DNA from: Candidatus Bathyarchaeum sp.
GTDB lineage: Archaea > Thermoproteota > Bathyarchaeia > Bathyarchaeales > Bathyarchaeaceae
Assembly: GCA_026014495.1 (NCBI GenBank)
Contig: JAOZIF010000054.1
Span: forward strand, 1 to 18,282
DNA: 18,282 nucleotides
Direction of reading: 5' to 3'
The position numbers were made by a program, and so were the translations under genes. Positions 1 to 7,706 of the stretch are shown here, piece by piece. The first letter of the stretch is position 1. Each line of letters opens with the position of its first letter. Below the pieces are notes generated by a model that was not told the DNA's origin, made no database searches, and was given only the letters and a program-made list of their open reading frames with translations.

Positions 1-2
1 AC

Positions 3-587
3 TTGATGAATATTCTCAAAATTGATACTGGAAAAATGAGTTTTCATCTTAGAAATCTAAAGCTCTTTTTAGAGCAAACTCCAACAGGAAAATACAAATT
101 AAATAAATTTGGTCAAAACGCATTGCGGCTAATCAAAGACGTCGAAGCCCTTTCGATAGACGTTGATTTTTTAGAAAACCAAAGTAGCAGCCATGTTGCT
201 AGTTCTTCTAAAAGAGCAATGGCATTCCTTTTTGATATGGGGGTAGCTTTTACAATCACTGTAGCCGCTACATTAATTGCCGAAGTATTTGTTTTGTTTA
301 GTGGACAATTTCTGTTTCACCAAAACATCTTTTTGTTTTTAGGTTTACTCTGGCTGTATTCAACTCTTCTTGAAGGGTTTGCAGGTCAAACTGTAGGAAA
401 ATCTATGTTTTATCTTAAAGTTGTGAGCTTAAGCAGCAAAAAACTAACTTACGATGCCGCAGCTGTAAGAAATTTTGGAAAATGCTTTTTATTGCCTATT
501 GACTTGCTACTTGGTCTTAGATTAGATGATAAAAGATTTATCAAATTCTTCGACAAATATTCTAGAACAACCGTAATATCTATATGA
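3..587 (+). CDS. Winged-HTH (ArsR-like) + RDD-family membrane domain fusion protein, probably 5'-truncated by the window edge
   Basis: N-terminal ILKIDTGKMSFHLRNLK..LEQTPTGKYKL resembles the recognition helix and wing of an archaeal wHTH. The C-terminal part has RDD hallmarks (KRAMAFLFD, GQTVGKSMFYLKVV, AVRNFGK, FFDKYSRTTVI) and hydrophobic helices. The frame is open to the window start, so the true start is likely upstream. Confidence 0.8.
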   Translation: MMNILKIDTGKMSFHLRNLKLFLEQTPTGKYKLNKFGQNALRLIKDVEALSIDVDFLENQSSSHVASSSKRAMAFLFDMGVAFTITVAATLIAEVFVLFSGQFLFHQNIFLFLGLLWLYSTLLEGFAGQTVGKSMFYLKVVSLSSKKLTYDAAAVRNFGKCFLLPIDLLLGLRLDDKRFIKFFDKYSRTTVISI

Positions 588-766
588 TAATTTTTTTTGA
601 TAATTCCATGTTTAATCTAAATTTTGATTGTATTTGATGCAATTTGTACCTGGATTTTTTTTGCAAAGAAGAATTTGCTAAATGCAAAAACCAATTTCTC
701 AAAAACATTAATTTTTGTTCATAGCCTCACAGCCGTTGATTTGCTGCTAGACGAGGCGATCGTGAA

Positions 767-1450
767 TTGAAACTAGAACTCAAAAGACGATTAATAGTAC
801 CCATAAAAAAATGTGTTTCCAAGTTGATGGCTATTCAAAAGATTTTATTGACTATGCTAGCAACGCTTAACCGACCCATGTTATATTTAAAACTAAGACT
901 GTCTGTATTTTTGCAGTATGTGTCTAGGTTCAAAACCAAACTGACAATTTCACTCTCATCTGCTTTACACGCTGTAAGCATGCATGCAACCAAAAAACGA
1001 AAACAAACGATAATAATTTTGTTTTTGTCAACGGTTTCCATTTTAAACGTGTTCTTTCTCACTGCAATTAGTGGACAACTGCTCGTTAAAACCAACATGT
1101 ACAGTTATGGGTCAATTCAAATTCAAACTGCAGGAATTACAGCATACCGAGATTCCAGTTGTAATACCCGTGTTTCTGGAGTTGCATGGGGAACTATTGC
1201 GCCAGGTTCTTTTGAAACTCAAATTGTTTATATAAAAAATGATGGAAGTTCTCCTCTAACATTGTCATTGGATACAACGAATTGGAACCCAACAAATGCT
1301 CCTGGCTATATGGATTTAACTTGGAACTACGATGGGCAAACAATTGATCCAAACGAAGTACTTCCGGTTGCACTTACTTTGTCAGTGGACTCGGGTATTA
1401 GCGGAATAAACAGTTTCAACTTCGAAATTGTGATAAATGGAACTAGCTAA
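767..1450 (+). CDS. Exported or membrane-anchored beta-rich hypothetical protein; start uncertain (TTG 767, or ATG 980 giving 156 aa)
   Basis: Basic stretch KKRKQ followed by hydrophobic TIIILFLSTVSILNVFFLTAI, then a Thr/Ser/Gly-rich beta-sandwich-like domain (VAWGTIAPG, QIVYIKNDG, LTLSV, FNFEIVING). The 767-979 extension has no recognisable features. Confidence 0.7.
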   Translation: MKLELKRRLIVPIKKCVSKLMAIQKILLTMLATLNRPMLYLKLRLSVFLQYVSRFKTKLTISLSSALHAVSMHATKKRKQTIIILFLSTVSILNVFFLTAISGQLLVKTNMYSYGSIQIQTAGITAYRDSSCNTRVSGVAWGTIAPGSFETQIVYIKNDGSSPLTLSLDTTNWNPTNAPGYMDLTWNYDGQTIDPNEVLPVALTLSVDSGISGINSFNFEIVINGTS

Positions 1451-1486
1451 CTCCGCACACCCATGACCCCTATCGTAAAACCATCA

Positions 1487-1508
1487 TTCCCCCTTCTTTA
1501 TTTTTTTT
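1487..1508 (+). terminator. Archaeal-type pyrimidine/oligo-T terminator
   Basis: ttcccccttctttatttttttt about 37 nt after the stop at 1450. A similar tract follows the 11053-13728 gene. Confidence 0.5.
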
Positions 1509-1533
1509 ACAAGTGCATTGTTTTGTTATTCTT

Positions 1534-1552
1534 GAAAAAAAGGGCTTATATT
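1534..1552 (+). promoter_or_regulatory. Putative BRE-TATA promoter of trmO, possibly a leaderless transcript
   Basis: gaaaaaaagggc-TTATATT; the TATA begins 33 nt before ATG 1579. A near-identical motif occurs at 4541-4556. Confidence 0.5.
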
Positions 1553-1578
1553 GTTAGTTTGTTCAGAGTAATATTTAG

Positions 1579-2085
1579 ATGATTCAAACTGAGGACGTGA
1601 TGTATATTTTGTCTTCTTTTAGTAAGGCATGTGTGGAGCCTGTGGGTTTTGTTAAAACAGACGCAGTTGGTACAGAAGTTAGGGACAAAAATGTGGTTTC
1701 GCAGATAGTTTTTCGTGAAGAATTAACCGAGGCTCTTGAAGGTGTTGAAGAGTTTTCGCATCTGTTTGTTTTGTTTTGGTTACATGAAACGTCAGATGAA
1801 AAAAGGCAGACGCTAAAGGTTCGTCCACGGGGAAGACCCGATATGCCACTGCTGGGACTCTTTGCAACCCGAACACCTTATCGCCCAAACCCAATTGGCT
1901 TGACAAGAGTCAAACTCCTAAAAATAGAAGGCAACATACTTACTGTTCAAGGCCTAGACGCCTACGACGGCACACCAATACTGGACGTAAAGCCGTTCGA
2001 CAACTGGGACACAACAGAAGACTTCAAAGTTCCCAAATGGTGGAAACAGCTAGAAAAAGAACGAGCAAACAAAAAAGAAGCGTAG
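1579..2085 (+). CDS. trmO: tRNA (N6-threonylcarbamoyladenosine(37)-N6)-methyltransferase TrmO (TsaA/YaeB family)
   Basis: Family motifs EPVGFV, LEGVEEFSHLFVLFWLH, GLFATRTPYRPNPIGLT and GLDAYDGTPILDVKP. Confidence 0.93.
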   Translation: MIQTEDVMYILSSFSKACVEPVGFVKTDAVGTEVRDKNVVSQIVFREELTEALEGVEEFSHLFVLFWLHETSDEKRQTLKVRPRGRPDMPLLGLFATRTPYRPNPIGLTRVKLLKIEGNILTVQGLDAYDGTPILDVKPFDNWDTTEDFKVPKWWKQLEKERANKKEA

Positions 2086-2094
2086 AAGGCGCTA

Positions 2095-3288
2095 CTATGA
2101 CGCCTTTATTTTTTTGGCAAACTCTTGCCCAAACTCGTAGCACTTCTGCAGTTCAGTTTCGTCTGGAACCCATTTAACAGTCAATGCAGGAGAAACAAGT
2201 TCCATACCCGCACTTTTCAGCGACTTTTCGATAGTAGCTGTTGCTCCTCCTCCCCATCCATACGAGCCAAATGCGGCGGCAAGCTTATTTTTTGGTCTTA
2301 AGCCCTCCATTTCTCGCAGAAACGGAGCAGCACTTGGCAAAACGCCATTATTGATTGTCGAAGACCCAACAAGCAGTCCTTTAGTTTCTAGCAACTCTCC
2401 AATGATGTCACCTTCGTCACTAAACGGAAGTCTGCACAACTTCACCTCGACGCCCTCATTTGCAATGCCTTCAAGCATCGCTTTAGCCATCTTTTCTGTG
2501 CTCTCCCACATTGTATCGTACACAATCATCACTTTCTTGTCTGCTCCACCTTGTGCCCACTTCAGATATGACTTGACAATCTTCATTGGGTCTTTTCGCC
2601 AGATTACGCCATGGCTGGGTGCAATCATGTCTATCTTCAAGCCAAGCTTCTGAACTTCTTCAAGTTTCCTTAATACCACTGAACTGTAAAGCCACAAAAT
2701 GTTCGCATAATACTTTGCTGCTTCCCACATCAGTATGTTCTGGTCAACCTCATCATCAAACCGCTTAGAAGAAGCCAAATGCTGACCAAAGCCGTCGTTA
2801 GACAAAAGCAGAGCATCTTTTTCGATATACGTAAACATCGTGTCAGGCCAATGAAGCATCTGGGCCTCAAGAAAAGTCAAGGTTCTCTTGCCCAAATTCA
2901 GGGTGTCACCAGTTTTTACAGTTTGAAACTTCCAGTTCCCAAAATAGTGTTTTTCTAGTCCTGCTTTACAGTTGGCTGTTCCTACAATAGTTGCGTTGGG
3001 TGCAAGCTTCAGAATTTCTTTAATTGACCCTGAGTGGTCTGACTCAACATGGTTTGCTATGATGTAGTCTATCTTTGATGGGTCAATCACTTCTTTGATT
3101 TTCTGTATCATTTCGTCTGAAAATGAGTGGGCTACCGTGTCAACTAGGGCAACTTTTTTGTCTACAATTAAATATGCATTGTATGTGGTTCCGCGTTGCG
3201 TTGAATATGTGAAGCCATGAAAGTGTCTGATGTTCCAGTCGACTACGCCAACCCAAAAAATGTTTTCTAAAACTTTAACTGGAGGCAT
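2095..3288 (-). CDS. fprA: Class A flavodiiron protein (A-type flavoprotein; O2/NO reductase)
   Basis: Metallo-beta-lactamase diiron ligands (NHVESDHS, LHWPD, SNDGFGQH, PSHG) and a flavodoxin domain (YDTMWESTEKMA, VGSSTINN, AFGSYGWGGGA). SD GGTGAGG at 3294-3300 precedes the ATG. Confidence 0.96.
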   Translation of the reverse strand: MPPVKVLENIFWVGVVDWNIRHFHGFTYSTQRGTTYNAYLIVDKKVALVDTVAHSFSDEMIQKIKEVIDPSKIDYIIANHVESDHSGSIKEILKLAPNATIVGTANCKAGLEKHYFGNWKFQTVKTGDTLNLGKRTLTFLEAQMLHWPDTMFTYIEKDALLLSNDGFGQHLASSKRFDDEVDQNILMWEAAKYYANILWLYSSVVLRKLEEVQKLGLKIDMIAPSHGVIWRKDPMKIVKSYLKWAQGGADKKVMIVYDTMWESTEKMAKAMLEGIANEGVEVKLCRLPFSDEGDIIGELLETKGLLVGSSTINNGVLPSAAPFLREMEGLRPKNKLAAAFGSYGWGGGATATIEKSLKSAGMELVSPALTVKWVPDETELQKCYEFGQEFAKKIKAS

Positions 3289-3338
3289 GTGTTCCTCACC
3301 TACAAACTAGTGGTTCATCTAATCCTATTAACCTTACC

Positions 3339-3361
3339 AAATTCTTACTGCAAAAGAATTT
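3339..3361. promoter_or_regulatory. Perfect 8-7-8 palindrome just upstream of the putative fprA TATA box
   Basis: aaattctt-actgcaa-aagaattt; a minus-strand TATA-like TTAATAGG lies at 3324-3331. Confidence 0.5.
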
Positions 3362-3382
3362 ATGTCAACAAGTTGTAGGCTG

Positions 3383-4468
3383 TCACTTTTTGGTTAGTCT
3401 TTGTTTGTAAAAAACTAGGGCTACAGCAAGCACGCCAGATATTATGAGCATTATTGTCCCTGATGAAAACTCTGGAATAACCCCTCCGCCACTCAGGGGT
3501 ATACACGAAATTACTTCGCCAGTGTCTGCCCATATTGCAAATGCAATTCGGTTAACATTACCGGGGTAAACGTCGTCAAGGTACAATGTGATTTCCCAAC
3601 AAGGGTACAATGTTAACAGTTCTTTGTTTCTTGTTGTTATCAATTCTACATCTCGTGGTTCTTCTATTACCTCAAAATCTGTTACCTCAACAACTTCGTT
3701 GTCTTGGGTAGCATTCCATGAGAAATCATCTAAATACGCAAGTGCAATGTTTATGGCGTCTGCCTCAGGAAACGCTATGTCTGTACTCCCAACAGTGTAT
3801 AAGCGCCAGTTGTCATCAAAGCCACACACAATCCCTTCACGAATCTCAAGGCTCATCCATGGAAACGAGACCCCATCCAAAACATATTCCCAAACAAACA
3901 ATGTATAATCTGTTCTGCAAATTACCTCAAGTTGCACACCACCAGAACTTGTAGTCACATTTTCTGTAACATCAACACTGTCCAGTATACTTCTTGCTGC
4001 CTCAAAGTCTCTTACCCCATCAAAATCTGCATCACCTGAATATGCTTGATATCTTTGCAGAAAGCTCTTAACATTACCAACTAAACTATCTGATTGCATC
4101 TCAGAGTAAACTGGTGAACTAGCAGTTCCCAAAGTGCAATGAGCAAAACTTCCATTTTTGAACCCGAAAGCCGCTTCCAACTCGTTCTCATTTGAAACAA
4201 GAACGTACACAACGTTATCCTGAGCCAAACCATCCAGCTCCTCAGGGTACATGGTGTCATGGATTTGCAGGATAGCTTCATATTGTGACATGTTAAGCAA
4301 AACAACATTCTCCAAAAAAACTAATGCCTTCTCTGGAACAGTTAATTCATTGGAGTATACTGGAATTGTCATGTTGAATATGCTTGCTGTAATCATGAAA
4401 CTGTACAAAAAAATTGTGAATCCCAAATGTTTTAGTGCACAGTTTCTTAGCCGTTTCATGCTTCTCAA
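3383..4468 (-). CDS. Exported acidic hypothetical protein with PEF-CTERM-like C-terminal sorting signal
   Basis: N-terminal hydrophobic segment. PepSY-like pattern (EADAINIALAYL...YPCWEITL...WADTGEVI). C-terminus VIPEF + transmembrane helix + KQRLTKK. Start is TTG 4468 or ATG 4459. Confidence 0.8.
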   Translation of the reverse strand: MRSMKRLRNCALKHLGFTIFLYSFMITASIFNMTIPVYSNELTVPEKALVFLENVVLLNMSQYEAILQIHDTMYPEELDGLAQDNVVYVLVSNENELEAAFGFKNGSFAHCTLGTASSPVYSEMQSDSLVGNVKSFLQRYQAYSGDADFDGVRDFEAARSILDSVDVTENVTTSSGGVQLEVICRTDYTLFVWEYVLDGVSFPWMSLEIREGIVCGFDDNWRLYTVGSTDIAFPEADAINIALAYLDDFSWNATQDNEVVEVTDFEVIEEPRDVELITTRNKELLTLYPCWEITLYLDDVYPGNVNRIAFAIWADTGEVISCIPLSGGGVIPEFSSGTIMLIISGVLAVALVFYKQRLTKK

Positions 4469-4540
4469 CTGATAATTGTGTTTATGTTTCGTATATTTAT
4501 TGCTCTATGTTTTTGTTGCAATAGATTTGGGTATAATTCT

Positions 4541-4579
4541 GAAAAAGGCTTATTATGCAATTTTTTTATCATAAAAAAA
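4541..4579 (+). promoter_or_regulatory. Putative BRE-TATA plus adjacent T7-ATCAT-A7 palindrome upstream of the Ig-repeat/ABC operon
   Basis: gaaaaaggc-TTATTAT at 4541-4556, then tttttttatcataaaaaaa at 4561-4579, which is self-complementary except for the central base. Confidence 0.5.
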
Positions 4580-4621
4580 CTAAAGCACGTTCAAAATGTG
4601 AAACGTATTACTTAATGATGA

Positions 4622-6763
4622 ATGAGGCAATATGAAATGGATACTTTAAAACAATCAGCAAAGAATATTTTGGAAATACAGTCAAAATTTTTTATAATTA
4701 TCATCTTGTGTTCTATATTCCTTACCTCGCTTTTGCCAATGAGTTTGGTATACGGAGCAGACACCTCCTACATTTATGGTTATGTTACTGATGAAGACGG
4801 TGCAGTGCTTAACGGTGTCACTGTACAGTTAATTTCAGGTGGCGCAGTTTTAGACTCTTGCAAAAGCAATTCGAACGGATACTTCTACATGAAAGACGTA
4901 GAATACGTAACCTGCACTATCAAATTTAGCAAATCAGGGTATGCTGAAACCACGGATAGTCTTACAATAAAAGATTCAGACACAAATGTTGGTACCGTTA
5001 CATTGCTTAGAGCCTTACGGCTGTCTACATCAACCTTAGACGTAGTAATCGAACCCGACACTCAAGTTAACATTCCATTCACCGTGCAAAATCTTGGTGA
5101 AGAAACCGAAATTGTTGACCTGACCGCATCTAACCCTAACGAATGGTCTACCCGAATACTAACTGATAATTATGAAGTCACAAAAGTATCCATAGCCTCT
5201 GGACAGAGTCTAACACTTCAACTAGAAGTCAGTGTTCCCGCAACAGCAGTTGAAGAAACACAATACACTGTTTCACTCACAGCAGAAGGAACAACTGAAG
5301 GCACCCTGACTTTCTCAGTGCTAGCACGCACTCCCGCTACATCCACAGATGATTTGAGCTTATCTTCTTCAATCTTTAACACAGTGGCAAATTCAGGCGA
5401 AAAACTGGTATTACCCTTTAGCACAAGCAACACTGGCGACGAAACAGAAGTTGTAGCATTCTCAGTAACCGCTCCTGAAGACTGGACCGTAAAAATCTTG
5501 GATGATAATGGGCGCGAAATCAACTCTGTTACAATGGAATCAGATGCAATTTTGAACTTCAACTTAGAAGTCACAATTCCACTGGATTATACAGGAGACA
5601 CCACTTTAACACTAACTGCTACTGGAACAACAACAGACACACTGGACTTTATGCTAACGGTTGAACCAATGAGTGAACCCATACTATTTTGCCAATTTCC
5701 AGGAAAATGGGCTATACCTGGAGATACCGTTTCATTCCAAACAAAGTTAACCAATCCCTTTGGCGTTGAAATGCGATTTGAAATATCGGTTGCTTCTGTT
5801 CCATCTAACTGGACTGCTTATCTAAAAACTGAAAGCGGCGAATATGTAACAGAAATAATTCTGGACAGCGGAGAATCTGTAAACCTTGTAGTTGAAGTCG
5901 AATCATCCGACTCCTCACTTACAGGCGAAAAATATGACGTAACAATCTTAGCAGAATCTACTGACCAAACTGTAACCGACTCCCTATCATTAGTTGTAGC
6001 ATTAAACGACCCTGATAGTGATGAAGAAATCAAGATCACCGCTAAATTCCGTGATGTAAATGTTGAAGCTGGAGAGACTGTTGAGTACGATATCACAGTG
6101 ACAAACTTGGGTGACACTGACAGGCTGCTTTACCTTTCTATTGATCAACCCGCAGACTGGAAGGCGGTTTTCAAATCAGGAGCTGTAGAGATAACCGCGC
6201 TTGACATAGAAGCTGGAACCAGCGAAACACTCACGGTTGAAGTAACCCCTCCTACAACAGTTAGCCTTGATTCATACGAGATGCCTGTTCAGTTCCTGTC
6301 AGAAAGCGGCACTTTGTTTGGCGAAATAACACTGAAAGCAACTATCGGCGGAGCTTATGACTTAAGCTTAGACTTATCAACACTTCTTACTAGTGCAACT
6401 AGTGGCGGTTCCACTTCATTCACTGCAACTGTCACAAACACAGGCTACTCATACGTTACAGCTGCCAGTCTAGACATTGAAGTTGAAGATGATTGGGATG
6501 TCACAATCAGTCCTGCACAAGTGAGCACACTCAACTCACAAGAATCATACACCTTTGATGTGACCATAGACACTCCAGAAGGAACTGTCTCAGGCGATTA
6601 CATGGTTACTTTGTCGGCTATAAGCGACCAAAGCGAATCTGCTCAAAGCCAAGTCCGAGTTACAGTTACCACTTCAACTGAATGGGGAATCTATGGAATA
6701 GCCGTGGCGGCCATACTGGTTGTCGTGCTTGTGCTAGTTTTCAAGAAATTTAAGAGAAGGTGA
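4622..6763 (+). CDS. COG1470-like cell-surface protein: signal peptide, carboxypeptidase-regulatory-like domain, about five NEW3/Ig-like repeats, C-terminal TM anchor
   Basis: YIYGYVTDEDGAVLNGVTVQL...SNSNGYF...IKFSKSGY (carboxypeptidase-regulatory-like). Five repeated units end in TVQNLG, TSNTG, LTNPFG, VTNLG and VTNTG. C-terminus WGIYGIAVAAILVVVLVLVF-KKFKRR. The true start may be a few codons downstream. Confidence 0.9.
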   Translation: MRQYEMDTLKQSAKNILEIQSKFFIIIILCSIFLTSLLPMSLVYGADTSYIYGYVTDEDGAVLNGVTVQLISGGAVLDSCKSNSNGYFYMKDVEYVTCTIKFSKSGYAETTDSLTIKDSDTNVGTVTLLRALRLSTSTLDVVIEPDTQVNIPFTVQNLGEETEIVDLTASNPNEWSTRILTDNYEVTKVSIASGQSLTLQLEVSVPATAVEETQYTVSLTAEGTTEGTLTFSVLARTPATSTDDLSLSSSIFNTVANSGEKLVLPFSTSNTGDETEVVAFSVTAPEDWTVKILDDNGREINSVTMESDAILNFNLEVTIPLDYTGDTTLTLTATGTTTDTLDFMLTVEPMSEPILFCQFPGKWAIPGDTVSFQTKLTNPFGVEMRFEISVASVPSNWTAYLKTESGEYVTEIILDSGESVNLVVEVESSDSSLTGEKYDVTILAESTDQTVTDSLSLVVALNDPDSDEEIKITAKFRDVNVEAGETVEYDITVTNLGDTDRLLYLSIDQPADWKAVFKSGAVEITALDIEAGTSETLTVEVTPPTTVSLDSYEMPVQFLSESGTLFGEITLKATIGGAYDLSLDLSTLLTSATSGGSTSFTATVTNTGYSYVTAASLDIEVEDDWDVTISPAQVSTLNSQESYTFDVTIDTPEGTVSGDYMVTLSAISDQSESAQSQVRVTVTTSTEWGIYGIAVAAILVVVLVLVFKKFKRR

Positions 6764-6767
6764 AAAA

Positions 6768-7703
6768 ATGTCTAAACCAATTATAGAAACACATCAGTTG
6801 ACAAAACAATATGGCGAGTTTACAGCAGTTAACAACCTAGAACTATCAATTAACGAGGGCGAAATTGTAGGTTTTCTTGGTCCAAACGGGGCTGGAAAAA
6901 CTACAACACTCCTTATGTTGATGGGACTTTCTGTGCCCACTTCAGGCACTGCAACAGTAGGAGGTTACGATGTTGTCGAGGAATCAAAACAAGTAAGACA
7001 GATTGCTGGGATGATGCCCGAAGGCTCTGGATACTACGAAGACCTAACTGCAAGACAAAACCTCCAGTATATTGGGCAATTAAATGACATACCTAAAGAT
7101 GAAGTAGACAACCGTATAGATGAGTTGCTTGAAGCTGTAGACTTAGTCAAGTGGGCAGATACAAAAGTTGAAAAGTTTTCTCGAGGAATGAAGCAACGTT
7201 TAGGTATTTCAGAGGTTCTAATAAAACAACCAAAAATTGCATTTTTTGACGAGCCAACACTCGGATTAGATCCCAAGTCAACAAAAGAACTAAGAGACAT
7301 CCTGCTGAAGTTGAACAAGGAACAAGGTCTAACAATTTTCTTGTCTTCTCATTTGTTGCACGAAGTTCAGCAAACCTGCCAGAGGGTACTTATCATTCGT
7401 AGAGGAAAACTTGTGGCTGCAGACACAATCGCGAACCTGTCTAACAATCTTTTGAGTAAAGATATGTCAAGCATTGAATTTGAGTTGACGGAGATTGACT
7501 CAGATTTGATTCAAAAACTTAATGATGTGAGTGGCGTGAAGTCGGTTGAACAACAAAATCATAAGCTCTTTGTTAATTTGGAAAACGGTAATGTCCGAGA
7601 AGTCTCGGAGACCATCACTAAGCATGGTTCAATCATTTTGTTAATGAAACCAAGGACGTTTAGTTTAGAGGAAATATTTCTTGATTATTATAAGGAGGAT
7701 TAA
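6768..7703 (+). CDS. ABC transporter ATP-binding protein (COG1131 type)
   Basis: Walker A GPNGAGKT, signature FSRGMKQR, Walker B FFDEP, H-loop SSH. SD AGGTGA overlaps the upstream stop; 4-nt gap. Confidence 0.96.
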   Translation: MSKPIIETHQLTKQYGEFTAVNNLELSINEGEIVGFLGPNGAGKTTTLLMLMGLSVPTSGTATVGGYDVVEESKQVRQIAGMMPEGSGYYEDLTARQNLQYIGQLNDIPKDEVDNRIDELLEAVDLVKWADTKVEKFSRGMKQRLGISEVLIKQPKIAFFDEPTLGLDPKSTKELRDILLKLNKEQGLTIFLSSHLLHEVQQTCQRVLIIRRGKLVAADTIANLSNNLLSKDMSSIEFELTEIDSDLIQKLNDVSGVKSVEQQNHKLFVNLENGNVREVSETITKHGSIILLMKPRTFSLEEIFLDYYKED

Positions 7704-7706
7704 AAA

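Noticed and set aside
2095-3288. Call as F420H2 oxidase
   Set aside because: Retains DTMW and GSYGW, as in rubredoxin-dependent flavodiiron proteins.
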